Source: Candidatus Woesearchaeota archaeon
GTDB taxonomy: Archaea > Nanobdellota > Nanobdellia > Woesearchaeales > UBA583
Length of the DNA: 64,000 nucleotides
Reading direction: 5' to 3'
NCBI GenBank assembly: GCA_965205335.1
Contig: OZ242164.1
Location: 1 to 64,000, forward strand
The notes beneath the pieces are model-generated. The model saw only the letters and a list, made by a program, of their open reading frames with translations, ran no database searches and was not told the origin of the DNA. Position 1 is the stretch's first letter. Every line of letters begins with the position of its first letter. A program made the position numbers and the translations under genes. This document shows positions 1 to 11,012 of this stretch, in pieces.

Positions 1-28
1 TGGTATTAAAAATAAAAATCCATCAAAT

Positions 29-559
29 ATGATTTTTGTAACAGACAATAAGACAAAGATACCACACACCAGAGGTTCAAATATACCTTTTTATTCAGTT
101 TTAATACAAAGTGAATCAGATAAACCAATAGGGAATATAACATATTATAATAAAACAGGAGGACTATTAAGTTCATTTTCATATATTGATTTTGATGAAT
201 CTCTTTCATTGGTATCAATGGCAATATTTTCAACGCCCCAAACATTTAATTGCTCCTATAACCTATTAATGAGGCAGATAGAACCAGTTTATAATTTCTA
301 CATAAATAAATCCAATTATATGGGTAACAAATCTTATAATAATAGAGGGATGTGTTCATCATCATTTACTTCATATGATAGACAGATGAAATACATGTTA
401 ATAAGTAATGATTTGGTTTCTATAAGAGATGCTGTGAGAGGTGAAGTTGCAAACAATAATTTTAAAAACATTCAAAACTCTACATTATATGGGGAAGTGT
501 TACAAGTTGAAGAAAAAGCAGGAAAATTAGATGAAGGCAGTTGTTTACACGTCTATTAG
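29..559 (+). CDS. hypothetical protein (probably 5'-truncated by window edge)
   Basis: ORF track; no recognisable motif; ends just before the RSH gene. Confidence 0.5.
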   Translation: MIFVTDNKTKIPHTRGSNIPFYSVLIQSESDKPIGNITYYNKTGGLLSSFSYIDFDESLSLVSMAIFSTPQTFNCSYNLLMRQIEPVYNFYINKSNYMGNKSYNNRGMCSSSFTSYDRQMKYMLISNDLVSIRDAVRGEVANNNFKNIQNSTLYGEVLQVEEKAGKLDEGSCLHVY

Positions 560-564
560 AACAT

Positions 565-2508
565 ATGGAAGCGCAACAAAAGAATTTAAGAGATGTTAAT
601 AATGAATTTGAAGAGTTCTATAGTTCAATCTCAGGTGTTGGTTCAAAAAAGAAAATAAGAGATGCTTATGAATTTGCAAAGAGAGCTCATCTTTACCAGA
701 AAAGAGATTCAGGAGATCCTTACATTTCACATCCATTACATGTTGCAAAAATTGTTTATGAGCAGGGGATGGATGTACAATCTATAGTCTCATCATTTCT
801 ACATGATGTAGTAGAAGATACTGATGTAACAGTTGATGACGTTAAGAAAAAATTTGGTAAAGAAATTGCTTTAATCGTTGATGGGCTTACAAAAATTTCT
901 GGCTTCGGTGAAGAAAGAGAAGAAAGGCAAATTGATACTCTAAGAAAAGTTCTTTTAGCCTCTTCTAAAGACATAAGAGTTCTTATTGTAAAACTATGTG
1001 ACAGGCTTCATAACCTAAGAACTATCAAAGAAGTTTCCCGTGTGTATAAACGTGAAAGAATTGCAGATGAAACCCTTCAGATATATGTTCCCATTGCTCA
1101 GAAAATAGGGATGTATTCATTAAAATGGGAACTTGAAGATTTAGCCTTTAAGTACAAAGATCCTGATATGTATCAATTAATCCGTAATAAAGTTGGATTA
1201 AAAAGACAAAAAAGAGAAGAGATTGTTCAAAAATCAGAATTAGAAATTAAAAATATGCTAAGTGAGACTGGAATTAAAGATTTTCTTGTTTTGGGAAGAC
1301 CGAAGAATTTTTTTAGTATATATAAAAAAATCAGAACAAAGGCAAAATCATTTGAGGATATTTATGATTTATATGCAGTTAGGATAATAGTTGATTCAGT
1401 TTCGGATTGTTATACAGTCTTGGGTTTTCTACATGATAAGTTTCAGTCTTTCCCAGACAAGTTAAAGGATTATATTGCAAACCCAAAGGTAAATGGGTAT
1501 CAATCAATTCATACAGTTATTTTTTCAAGAGCTATTAATTCTCCTGTGGAAGTGCAGATCAGAACATCCCAAATGCACAAATTAGCTGAGTTTGGAATTG
1601 CTGCTCACTGGCGTTACAAAGATGTTAAAGAAGATAAGAAATTTGAAAGAAAGATAGCATGGCTACGTGAGATTCTTCAGTGGGAAAATGAACACAAAGA
1701 TAATAGTGAGTTCTTAAAACTTCTAAAATATGATTTTTTTGAAGATGAAATATTTATTTTCACACCTAAAAATGATATCAAAGCTCTGCCTGAAGGTTCA
1801 TCAGCCCTTGATTTTGCTTATGCTGTTCATACTGATATTGGAGGTAAGGCATATAAGGCAAAGATTAACGGTTATGTTACAAATATAGATAAAAGACTAA
1901 ACAGCGGTGATATTGTTGAAATTGTAACGCATAAATCTGTCATTCCAAGAGAGAAATGGTTAAGACATGTAAAGACTTCAAAAGCTAGAATTAAAATCAG
2001 AGCATCTCTTAATTTAAAACATTCAGGAAAAAGAATAGGAGAGCATAATGAGGTTTCGTTTAAGGACTTAAAATCAAAAATATTAGGAACTGGTGAATTT
2101 AAAAAAGTTAGAAATGCTGGTTGTTGTGATATTCTGTATGGCAATCAGATAGTTGGTGTGGTTAGAGCAGGAAAAGAATTAGTTGTGCATGATGCTGGTT
2201 GTGAAAATGCCAAATATACAGTAAACAAGAAATTTCCTTTAAGATGGGTTAGCATTATAGATAAAGAAATTGTTCTTAGGATTCTTCTAAAAGCCGGATT
2301 TGGAATTCTTGTTGATGTATTAAATATAATGGCTCGTTTTAATGTCGTAATTAAGGAATTAAATACAAAATTCAATAAAGATGGGAGTGTTAAGATGGAA
2401 GTAAGAATTTTAGATGGTCCATATAAAGAAACTCTGATTTATGAAATAGATAAACTTGATATAGTAGAATCCGTAAGAGAATTAACAGGAATATTCTTTA
2501 AAAATTAA
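565..2508 (+). CDS. rel: long RelA/SpoT homologue, bifunctional (p)ppGpp synthetase/hydrolase (HD-SYNTH-TGS-ZFD/ACT-like)
   Basis: Motifs RDSGDPYISHP, LHDVVED, KLCDRLHN, GRPKNFFSIYKK, YDLYAVRII, KDYIANPKVNGYQSIHT, EVQIRT, GIAAHWRYK and TGS LDFAYAVHT; likely ATG start at 565. Confidence 0.95.
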   Translation: MEAQQKNLRDVNNEFEEFYSSISGVGSKKKIRDAYEFAKRAHLYQKRDSGDPYISHPLHVAKIVYEQGMDVQSIVSSFLHDVVEDTDVTVDDVKKKFGKEIALIVDGLTKISGFGEEREERQIDTLRKVLLASSKDIRVLIVKLCDRLHNLRTIKEVSRVYKRERIADETLQIYVPIAQKIGMYSLKWELEDLAFKYKDPDMYQLIRNKVGLKRQKREEIVQKSELEIKNMLSETGIKDFLVLGRPKNFFSIYKKIRTKAKSFEDIYDLYAVRIIVDSVSDCYTVLGFLHDKFQSFPDKLKDYIANPKVNGYQSIHTVIFSRAINSPVEVQIRTSQMHKLAEFGIAAHWRYKDVKEDKKFERKIAWLREILQWENEHKDNSEFLKLLKYDFFEDEIFIFTPKNDIKALPEGSSALDFAYAVHTDIGGKAYKAKINGYVTNIDKRLNSGDIVEIVTHKSVIPREKWLRHVKTSKARIKIRASLNLKHSGKRIGEHNEVSFKDLKSKILGTGEFKKVRNAGCCDILYGNQIVGVVRAGKELVVHDAGCENAKYTVNKKFPLRWVSIIDKEIVLRILLKAGFGILVDVLNIMARFNVVIKELNTKFNKDGSVKMEVRILDGPYKETLIYEIDKLDIVESVRELTGIFFKN

Positions 2509-3881
2509 ATTATCTCTTTTTCATATAATTTTCTTCTAATCACGCAAAATTCATTCTTTATTTCAAAGGGCACTACTAGTTCTACTTCAAAATCCAATCC
2601 ACCTGAAACAGATTCTAATTCTTTGTCATCACCATTGTTAACATGCTTTAATATTTTCTCAACTTTATATTTGAAAATATCCTTAGGTGTTACAAATTCT
2701 AAATCATCTCCTTTTTTGAATTTAGCTCTTGTTTCAATCATTAATACAGATTCTTTTTTAGAAGATGAAACAACTTTTTTGACAACACCTGCAAATACAT
2801 GGGTTTGATGTGATGTTTTTTTTTCGTAATCCATTGAATTTTCTTTTGGATTACCCTCTAAAAATCCAGGGATAAATCCTCTGTTTGAAGTTGTATTTAA
2901 TTCTTCAATTGCCCAGTTGATATCTGGTTCTTTTCCTTCTAAAATATCATCAAATAACTTTCTATATGTTCTTGCAACAATGCTAGCATAATAAACAGAT
3001 TTGGTTCTTCCCTCAACTTTAAATGAGCAAACTCCAGCATTTATTAACTTCTCTAAGTGTTCTGCCATGCAATTATCTTTTGAATTGAAAATGTATGTTC
3101 CTGTCTCATCCTCAGATACTTCATATAATTCCCCTTTTCTAAGTTGTTCTTCAACATAATAAGTTCCCTTTGAAACCTCTTTATATCCTTTTGAATCCTG
3201 CAAAGGTTCAGTATGTTCTGGATTATCTGATTTATACACTTTATAATTAAACCTACAGGCGTTATTACACACACCTTGATTTGAATCCCTGTAATTCATA
3301 TAATTTGATAAAAGACATCTGCCAGAATATGCCATGCAGTTTGAACCATGAATAAAAAACTCAATCTCCATTTCTGGAACTTTCTCATGAAAAATCTCAA
3401 CCTCTTTAAGTGTTAATTCCCTTGCTAAAATAATTCTTGAAATTCCCTGTTTCAGCCAGAATTTCCCGCTCATCCAATTAACATTATTTTGCTGAACAGA
3501 CAGATGGATTTGAACATTGGGGAATTTTTCCCTTGTTACATCAATAAGCCCTGGGTCTGCCATAATAAAAGCATCAGGTTTTAACTCATTAACCATAATA
3601 TCCATATCTTTTAGAAATTGTTCATATTTAAACGAATGCGGAAAAATATTTACGGCAAGATATACTTTAACACCTTTCTTGTGAGCATAAGGAATAATAT
3701 CTCTTAAATCATCCATACTCATTGTGGATTTCCCACGCAATGTAAACATTGGAATCCCACAGTAAATTGCATTTGCTCCAAACTCTATTGCATATTTTGC
3801 CTTCTCAAGTGAACCTGCTGGCATTAAAAGTTCAAAGTCACTACGCGTTTTACCTTTAAGAAATTTTTTATCAAGAACCAC
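2505..3881 (-). CDS. U32 peptidase family protein (TrhP/YegQ-like tRNA hydroxylation)
   Basis: ELLMPAGS, GANAIYCG, HLSVQ, HGSNCMAYSGRCLLS, CNNACR, FKVEGRTKS; likely GTG start at 3881. Confidence 0.9.
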   Translation of the reverse strand: MVLDKKFLKGKTRSDFELLMPAGSLEKAKYAIEFGANAIYCGIPMFTLRGKSTMSMDDLRDIIPYAHKKGVKVYLAVNIFPHSFKYEQFLKDMDIMVNELKPDAFIMADPGLIDVTREKFPNVQIHLSVQQNNVNWMSGKFWLKQGISRIILARELTLKEVEIFHEKVPEMEIEFFIHGSNCMAYSGRCLLSNYMNYRDSNQGVCNNACRFNYKVYKSDNPEHTEPLQDSKGYKEVSKGTYYVEEQLRKGELYEVSEDETGTYIFNSKDNCMAEHLEKLINAGVCSFKVEGRTKSVYYASIVARTYRKLFDDILEGKEPDINWAIEELNTTSNRGFIPGFLEGNPKENSMDYEKKTSHQTHVFAGVVKKVVSSSKKESVLMIETRAKFKKGDDLEFVTPKDIFKYKVEKILKHVNNGDDKELESVSGGLDFEVELVVPFEIKNEFCVIRRKLYEKEII

Positions 3882-3962
3882 TCTAAATCTACAATATAAT
3901 ACGAATGTAAAACAATTTATAAAGCATAACATTTATAATTTCAAGCAAACTAAGAACATTTA

Positions 3963-4580
3963 ATGGATAAAACTCAGGAATTTATTGAATTATTTAATAA
4001 GGTTGATAAGAAATATGGTAAATCTACTTTTAGACTTGCTGCTGAGGGATGGGATTATGATTGGCAAGTCTTAATTGCTACAATACTCTCAGCACAATCA
4101 CGAGATGAATTAACAATAGTTGTAGGTGAAGATTTATTTCACAAGTATCCAAAATTAGAATCAATTGCAAACGCCAAATATGAGGATATCTTAGATGTCT
4201 TAAAATCAATGAACTATAACAGAACAAAAGCAAAGCATGTAATTGAGTGCTCGCAGCAATTATTAGAGAATTTTAGAGGTAAAGTGCCTAAAACCATTGA
4301 AGAACTTGTAATGCTTAGTGGGGTTGGGAGAAAGACGGCAAATCTTGTTATAACAGAAGTATTTCATAAACCGGGAATATGCGTTGATACACATGTACAT
4401 AGAATATGCAATGTTTTTGGATTTGTTCATACAGGTAACAATAGAGATAAGACAGAGGCTCAGCTTAAAGTATTTGTCCCTCAAGAATACTGGAATAGAA
4501 TTAACAGGCTATTTGTTTTATGGGGGAAGGATTGTCCTGGGTATGACAAAGAAAAACTATTAAGTTGCTTAGATAAATGA
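3963..4580 (+). CDS. nth: endonuclease III (HhH-GPD DNA glycosylase)
   Basis: LIATILSAQ, LSGVGRKTAN, VDTHVHRI; the C-terminal 4Fe-4S Cys cluster appears incomplete. Confidence 0.92.
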   Translation: MDKTQEFIELFNKVDKKYGKSTFRLAAEGWDYDWQVLIATILSAQSRDELTIVVGEDLFHKYPKLESIANAKYEDILDVLKSMNYNRTKAKHVIECSQQLLENFRGKVPKTIEELVMLSGVGRKTANLVITEVFHKPGICVDTHVHRICNVFGFVHTGNNRDKTEAQLKVFVPQEYWNRINRLFVLWGKDCPGYDKEKLLSCLDK

Positions 4581-4639
4581 TTATTAACACTCTTAATAAT
4601 TAAAAAACTTTAAAAAGATAAATATTTTATAAACTTTAT

Positions 4640-5086
4640 ATGGGTAACAAAGGAAATGATAGAGGTCTTAACTTTGTTTTAGAGAATAAGCACTATCAGA
4701 ATATGGATTTAATTCTTTATCTAATATGTGTTTTATTAGTTATAATTGTTTTTCTGATTACCCATCTCTTTATAGAAAATTACATTATAAGAACATGTAT
4801 TGTTGCTTTATTTTCTCTATACATAGGTATTTCTCTTGTATACAATAGGAATTTATATCGCAAGAAGTTATCTGATTTGACTAGTAATCAGAAAAGAGTA
4901 AGAATAAGATCTGGAGATAAAGAAGGACTTAAAATAACTTTAAGAAGAATTACTCCAAAAAGTAATAATTTGAAACTTAAAATAAGAGAAAAGATCTCAT
5001 TGGGAGAGAAACTTGCTAAATTGAAATATAAATTTACAAAAAACAGAAGGAAGAATTCTAAGAAATATATTGAGATAAAGGATTAA
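4640..5086 (+). CDS. hypothetical membrane protein (2 TM, basic C-terminus)
   Basis: Two hydrophobic stretches in the ORF. Confidence 0.6.
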   Translation: MGNKGNDRGLNFVLENKHYQNMDLILYLICVLLVIIVFLITHLFIENYIIRTCIVALFSLYIGISLVYNRNLYRKKLSDLTSNQKRVRIRSGDKEGLKITLRRITPKSNNLKLKIREKISLGEKLAKLKYKFTKNRRKNSKKYIEIKD

Positions 5087-5210
5087 TTTGTAATACAACT
5101 GTTTGGGTTATTTTTTCTTTGTGTGGATGTAAGATAGTTATACAAGGGATTAATCAAAAGATACAATAAGAAATAAGAATAAAATAGATTTGTTTTTCTA
5201 TATTCTAATT

Positions 5211-5903
5211 TTATTGGGGTATCCTTACAAGATTTTCGTTTAAATCAAGTTCTGCAATATCAAACCTGCTTGAATCGAAATCATCACTCATAACTTTTTT
5301 GAAGACTGTCATACCTAATTTGACAGCATCTTTATTAGACATATTTTCTTTGTAATCTTTTTCAAGTTCTTCATTTGATTTATCTGAGTTGGTCCCAACG
5401 GCTCTTGCCATATACCTAAAATACATACCAGAGGCTGTAGTTAGAAATAACTGGGGTTCTCCCTCTTCGATCCCTCCGATAAGCAAATTAACTCCAAAAG
5501 GTCTTAAACCTCCTGCTTGTGAATAATATTGTGAAATATTTGCAATTTCCTTAACTAATGACAGAATGTCAATAGGCCCATGGAACCTAACTCTGTGCTC
5601 CTGAGCATTAATTTGCGCCTGTTCAATTAACCTTCTGCCATCACTCATAACTCCTGCCCCTGTAATTGCTATATGACTATCAACCTCTGTAATTTTCTTA
5701 AAAGAATCTTTAACAAGCAATCTTGATTTAATTTTTCTATCTGCTATAAATACAATTCCTTCCTTTGTAATTAGTGCCATAGCCGATGAGCCTAATTTAA
5801 CTGCCTTTTCAGCATATTCCACCTGAAGAAGCAACCCTTCGGGTGAAAACATTCCAACCGACCTATCATAGCCCATTTCCTGAGCTTGTTTAACTGAGTT
5901 CAT
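5211..5903 (-). CDS. psmA: archaeal proteasome subunit alpha
   Basis: GYDRSVGMFSPEGLLLQVEYA signature; RPFGV. Confidence 0.95.
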   Translation of the reverse strand: MNSVKQAQEMGYDRSVGMFSPEGLLLQVEYAEKAVKLGSSAMALITKEGIVFIADRKIKSRLLVKDSFKKITEVDSHIAITGAGVMSDGRRLIEQAQINAQEHRVRFHGPIDILSLVKEIANISQYYSQAGGLRPFGVNLLIGGIEEGEPQLFLTTASGMYFRYMARAVGTNSDKSNEELEKDYKENMSNKDAVKLGMTVFKKVMSDDFDSSRFDIAELDLNENLVRIPQ

Positions 5904-6038
5904 TATATTACAAGTCTAACTAAGAAATCTTTTTAAACATTTCGGTAAACACTTTTTATATATAATTTTTCTATGAATATAATATTTCAACTGTTCATAG
6001 TTCGTAATATTTATAAATTGGTTCTACTATATTTTACT

Positions 6039-8573
6039 ATGTCTGGATTTGATAAAAATTATGACCCCAAATTAAAAGAAAAAAAAATACTAAACTTTTG
6101 GAAAAAAGAGAAAATCTTCAAATTTGATGAAAACACCAAAAAACCTATTTTTTCAATTGATACTCCTCCTCCAACAGTCTCAGGCAGAATGCATATTGGA
6201 CATACTTTCTCATATGCACAGACAGACTTTATCGCAAGATACAAAAGAATGAGCGGGTTTGAAGTCTTCTATCCATTTGGGACAGATGATAACGGACTTG
6301 CAACAGAGAAATTAGTCCAGAAACAAAAAGCAGTTAATCTAAGAAAAGTTTCAAGAGAAGATGCAATTAAAATAACTATGGATTTCTTGGAAGAACAAAG
6401 ACCTCTTTTTATACAGGATTTCAAAAACATTGGATTATCATGTGACTTTGATTTAAACTATTCAACAATTAGTTTATACTCCCAGAAAATCTCCCAGAAA
6501 ACTTTTTTAGACTTATTTAACAAAGGATTAATAGAACAAAGAGAAGGTCCTGTTCCATGGGATAGGGTTTTTCAGACTCCAATCGCGCAGGCAGAACTTG
6601 AAGACAAGAAACTCAAATCAACACTAAATTACATAAAAGCCAAAATTGTCAATTCTGAAAACACTTATTTAATATATGCTACAACAAGACCTGAACTTTT
6701 ATATGGATGCGTTGGAATGAATGTGGAAGAAGATGGAGAATATGTTAAACTAAAAGTTGGAAATGAATACTGGATTAGCGGTGCTGCAACTTATGTAGAG
6801 AAATTTAAAGACTTTGAATATGAAATAGTTGAAAAACTCAAAGGCTCAGATTTAATCGGAGAGAAAGCAATCATCCCTCTTAGCAATGCTCAAATTGATA
6901 TAACTCATGATATTTCCGTTAAAGCCGACTATGGAACTGGAATTGTATATTATTGTACTTACGGAGGAATTGACTGCATTGAATGGATGGCAAGACATCC
7001 TCATATAAAGCCTATTAAAGTTCTTGATAAAAAAGGGGCTCTAACAGATATTAATGGAAAGTATTCAGGATTAATTGCATCAGCAGAAGGCAGAGTGAAA
7101 ATATTAGAAGACTTGGATAAAGAAGGATTTCTAATTAAAAAAGAGAAAGTTGAGCATATTGTAAATATAGGGGAGAGATCTGGCGTTGAAGTTGAATACA
7201 TAGTTGCAAAGCAGTGGTATGTTAAATATTTAGATAGAAAAGAATATTTCTGGGAGATGGCTCAGAAATTTGATTGGAAACCCAAGTTTATGAAACACAG
7301 ACTTGAAAACTGGATTGAAGGTTTAAACTGGGACTGGGGATTTTCAAGGCAGAGACATTTTGGAATTCCCATACCTATCTGGTATTGCGTAAAATGTTCT
7401 AAAGTTTATTTACCAAAAGAAGAAACTTTACCTGTAAATCCCATCTCAGATAAATGCCCTGTTGAAAAATGTAAATGTGGTAGTATGGAATTTTCAGGAG
7501 AGAGTGATGTATTTGATACTTGGTTTACATCAGCATCAACACCATATTTAGCAATTAACCTTCTTGAAAATGAGAGTGTGAAGAAAAGATTATTTCCTAT
7601 GGATTTAAGACCACAGGCCCATGATATTATTAATTTCTGGTTGTTTTATACAATGGCTAAAACAAATCTTCTAACAGGAAAAAACCCATTTAAAACTGTT
7701 GCTGTGAGTGGTTTTGTTTTAGACCCTAAAGGTGAGAAAATGAGTAAATCCAAGGGGAATGCAATTTCACCTCAGGAGCAGGTTGAGAAATATTCAAATG
7801 ATGCCCTAAGATTTGCGGCAGCAAGCACTAAATTAGGTTCAGATATTCCCTATCAGGAAAAAGAAGTCAGAACGGGAATGAAAGTTGCAAACAAAATTTT
7901 TAATGCCTGCAAATTCGGTGAAAACCTGCTTGAGACTTTTAAAAAAAGCAACAAAGAATTTGAAATATTAGAACTTAAATCAATTGACAAATGGATTCTT
8001 GCAAAATTATATGATGTAACAGAGAAGGCAAACAAGCAGTTTGAAGAATTTGACAGTTCGGGGGCAAAATCAAGTTGGGAATTATTTTTCATGCGTGATA
8101 TTGCAGACAACTATCTTGAAATTGTTAAACAGAGATTATGGAATCCAGAAGAATTTGGAGAAAATGAAACAAAAAAAGCCCAGAGGGGATTTTATTTTGC
8201 AATTTACGGAGCAGTTCGTGGACTCGCGCCATTTATGCCATATGTTACGGAAGAAGTTTATCAGAAATTCTTTTCAAAATATGAAAATGAGAAATCAATC
8301 CATTTAACCCAATATCCAAATGATTGCACAAAAGAAGATGTTAGCGAATTAATAGAATTAGGTGATAAATTTGTTGAGATTGTATCAAGCGTTCGTAAAT
8401 TTAAAGCAGAGAATCAACTCTCAATGAAAGATGAATTATCAGAGATTGAAATTAAGTGCAGTAATAAATTAAAAGAATTCATACAGGATTCAATTGAAGA
8501 CTTAAAAAGAGTAACATCAGCAAAAAAAATCAAATTTAAATTAGGAGAGTTTGATGTTAAGATTAAAAAATAA
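6039..8573 (+). CDS. valS: valine--tRNA ligase (archaeal type)
   Basis: DTPPPTVSGRMHIGH, WDWGFSRQR, DTWFTS, RPQAHDII, KMSKS; likely ATG start at 6039. Confidence 0.96.
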   Translation: MSGFDKNYDPKLKEKKILNFWKKEKIFKFDENTKKPIFSIDTPPPTVSGRMHIGHTFSYAQTDFIARYKRMSGFEVFYPFGTDDNGLATEKLVQKQKAVNLRKVSREDAIKITMDFLEEQRPLFIQDFKNIGLSCDFDLNYSTISLYSQKISQKTFLDLFNKGLIEQREGPVPWDRVFQTPIAQAELEDKKLKSTLNYIKAKIVNSENTYLIYATTRPELLYGCVGMNVEEDGEYVKLKVGNEYWISGAATYVEKFKDFEYEIVEKLKGSDLIGEKAIIPLSNAQIDITHDISVKADYGTGIVYYCTYGGIDCIEWMARHPHIKPIKVLDKKGALTDINGKYSGLIASAEGRVKILEDLDKEGFLIKKEKVEHIVNIGERSGVEVEYIVAKQWYVKYLDRKEYFWEMAQKFDWKPKFMKHRLENWIEGLNWDWGFSRQRHFGIPIPIWYCVKCSKVYLPKEETLPVNPISDKCPVEKCKCGSMEFSGESDVFDTWFTSASTPYLAINLLENESVKKRLFPMDLRPQAHDIINFWLFYTMAKTNLLTGKNPFKTVAVSGFVLDPKGEKMSKSKGNAISPQEQVEKYSNDALRFAAASTKLGSDIPYQEKEVRTGMKVANKIFNACKFGENLLETFKKSNKEFEILELKSIDKWILAKLYDVTEKANKQFEEFDSSGAKSSWELFFMRDIADNYLEIVKQRLWNPEEFGENETKKAQRGFYFAIYGAVRGLAPFMPYVTEEVYQKFFSKYENEKSIHLTQYPNDCTKEDVSELIELGDKFVEIVSSVRKFKAENQLSMKDELSEIEIKCSNKLKEFIQDSIEDLKRVTSAKKIKFKLGEFDVKIKK

Positions 8574-8639
8574 ATTTTAATGAGTTTTTGTCACATAACC
8601 ATTAACAAATTTTATAAATAATCCTATCCGAACTCTATT

Positions 8640-9035
8640 ATGGTTAGTTTAATTGCACTATTAAGTTCTGGAAAAGGAACATGGGGACATGTAAATTCTC
8701 TTATATTATGTGCCAAATGGAATAAAATATATTTAGTCTGCAATGGCTTTGCGTTTGAGAACTTTGAATCAAAAGGAGCAGTTAAACTAAAATTTGATGA
8801 AAAAAACCCAATAGAATCAATGAACAAATTAGCCAAATTCTTCAAAAAAGAAATTAAAGACTTTGAAGTTGCCATCAACCTATCAAGCGGGAACGGACTT
8901 GAACATATGGCAGTCTTATCATCAGTTCTAAAATCTGGCCTTGGAATTAGGTTTGTCTATTGCGAAAACAAAGAACTAAAAGAATTTGAAATACTTGATG
9001 AAAAATACATTCCAGAAGAAGATTACAGCATTTAG
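8640..9035 (+). CDS. hypothetical protein (LSSGKGTWGHV motif)
   Basis: Clean ORF with its own TATA-like upstream region. Confidence 0.7.
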   Translation: MVSLIALLSSGKGTWGHVNSLILCAKWNKIYLVCNGFAFENFESKGAVKLKFDEKNPIESMNKLAKFFKKEIKDFEVAINLSSGNGLEHMAVLSSVLKSGLGIRFVYCENKELKEFEILDEKYIPEEDYSI

Positions 9036-9042
9036 AAAATAT

Positions 9043-9966
9043 TTATTTATCTATAAGAAATCTCTTCAAATACAAAGCGCAAAGAGTTCCTATAACAAAC
9101 CACATTAACATTAAAAGAAAATCTGACTTTGAAAAGTTCTCAATCACTTCCTTTCCTAAAACCCCTAAACTTCCAATAACAAAAGCAAAAAAGAAACTAA
9201 GAACCCTTCTCTTATGATTATCTAAAAAATGCTTAATAACTCTTATAAGCAAAATAACTCCAATAAATATTCCCATAAGAAACGCAAACAGAACTTTATA
9301 ATTCAAACTTGAAACCGCATTTATCACAAACTCATACTTTCCAATTATTAAAAGCATAAAAGAGCCGGAGATACCTGGAAGTAATCCAAAAACAATTGTA
9401 ACAATTCCTGCAATCATTATGGAAATAAAATCCTCACCAAGAAAATTCTGTGGGGAAAGAAATATCAAAGAAATCCCAAGAAACAGTCCTGCCAAATTAA
9501 ATCCCCAATTCCCTTTTCCCAAATATGATTTTCCACAAAGAAATGTGGACACTCCTACAAATCCCACAAAAAACGTTAAAAAAAATATTCTATAATCTCT
9601 AAGCAGAAACTCCAAAATATGTGAAAATACAAAAATTGAAACAAGCATTCCCAAAATCAACACTAAAAGAAACTTAAAATCAAAATAATCCAAAAACTTC
9701 CTCCTCTTAGATTTACTCTTTTTGAAATACTTAACAATATTATGTGGGAGAAGTGTATGTAGCGCATTTATTAATCTCTCATATATCCCAAGAAAAAGTG
9801 CAACCGTTGAACCAGATATAGATGGGATAATCTCTGCAATCCCCATAAGCATTCCCTTAAAAAATATTAATATTTCATCTCTAAAACTATTTGAAGTCTC
9901 ATTACTTACTTTTTTTGACTTATAACTCTTCTCTTGTGTCTTTAGAACTTTCTTTTCTTTGCCCAT
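9043..9966 (-). CDS. DUF368 family membrane protein
   Basis: KGMLMGIAEIIPSISGSTVAL and LPGISGSFMLL repeats; multiple TM segments. Confidence 0.88.
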   Translation of the reverse strand: MGKEKKVLKTQEKSYKSKKVSNETSNSFRDEILIFFKGMLMGIAEIIPSISGSTVALFLGIYERLINALHTLLPHNIVKYFKKSKSKRRKFLDYFDFKFLLVLILGMLVSIFVFSHILEFLLRDYRIFFLTFFVGFVGVSTFLCGKSYLGKGNWGFNLAGLFLGISLIFLSPQNFLGEDFISIMIAGIVTIVFGLLPGISGSFMLLIIGKYEFVINAVSSLNYKVLFAFLMGIFIGVILLIRVIKHFLDNHKRRVLSFFFAFVIGSLGVLGKEVIENFSKSDFLLMLMWFVIGTLCALYLKRFLIDK

Positions 9967-9969
9967 TTT

Positions 9970-10857
9970 CTAAATATTTACAATCTCTAAATTCTCAAGA
10001 TTCTGAGCTAACTTAAATAATTTCTTCTGAGCATTCTCAACAAATACAATCTTAGGCTTGTTTGAACTAGTATAAAATTTTAGAATTTGCGTCTCATTTG
10101 GTTTTTTTAGATAGTAAATACAATCAAAAGCGATTTTTAATCTGTTCACTGTTAGAGAAGTTGTATATCTTATAAATTTATCATTCTTGTTTTTGTTTTC
10201 AATTCTTAGGTAGTTCTTTCTGAAATAATTCTCTATAAACATTTCATATTTAGATTCCTCTTCCATTTTCCCATTACTCGTTTCAAGCAAATCTGAAACT
10301 GGTTTCTCTTGCATATATGTTTTTGACATTTGGGATGTTTCACTTGGCTTTTTTTCATTGTCAGTTTGTCTTGCCTGAGTTTTCTTACTTTTAGTATCTC
10401 CACTTAACTTTCCGCTTAGAACATCAAGAATCTGCTTTTTTGTTTCATTTATATTACGTAAATACCAGACCCAGAACTTTAAATTTCTTGAAGAATAATT
10501 AATCTCGAGTGGAATTGCGAAATCTTTAATTCTCTCTACAGCAAGTCTTTGCTGAATTGACAAACTAGAATCATTTACTACCTGATTTTCTTTAAGTATT
10601 AAAAATACTTCTTTATCATAATTTGTTAGATGTTTCTCTCCTAATTCTATTAAACATTCGCGTTGCCTTGGGTCATAGTAATATGGAGTTGAAGATAGTT
10701 TTAAGTGGGTTATTTCAATTTGTTTAGATTTGGCAATTTCAGATAATGCTGCTGATGCAATCATTGTTGTTGTCTCAAAAACTTCTGAAATGATTGCAGG
10801 AGTTACATACCTCTTTTCGCGAATAAACCTTAAAAGATTATCCTTTGTTAGAATCAT
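9970..10857 (-). CDS. hypothetical protein with N-terminal winged-helix-like region
   Basis: HTH-like N-terminus (PAIISEVFETTTMIASAALSEI...STPYYY). Confidence 0.7.
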   Translation of the reverse strand: MILTKDNLLRFIREKRYVTPAIISEVFETTTMIASAALSEIAKSKQIEITHLKLSSTPYYYDPRQRECLIELGEKHLTNYDKEVFLILKENQVVNDSSLSIQQRLAVERIKDFAIPLEINYSSRNLKFWVWYLRNINETKKQILDVLSGKLSGDTKSKKTQARQTDNEKKPSETSQMSKTYMQEKPVSDLLETSNGKMEEESKYEMFIENYFRKNYLRIENKNKNDKFIRYTTSLTVNRLKIAFDCIYYLKKPNETQILKFYTSSNKPKIVFVENAQKKLFKLAQNLENLEIVNI

Positions 10858-11012
10858 ACTATTTCTGATTTTTTAGAGTTTTTAAACTTTATGTAATTTC
10901 ATAGATGCTTATAATGCTTCAATAAGATTCCTTTCAGCAAAAATCAGACAAATTTTGAACAGAAATTCTTATGAAAAAACTTATAAAGAAATAAAAACAG
11001 AAAATATTTAAC

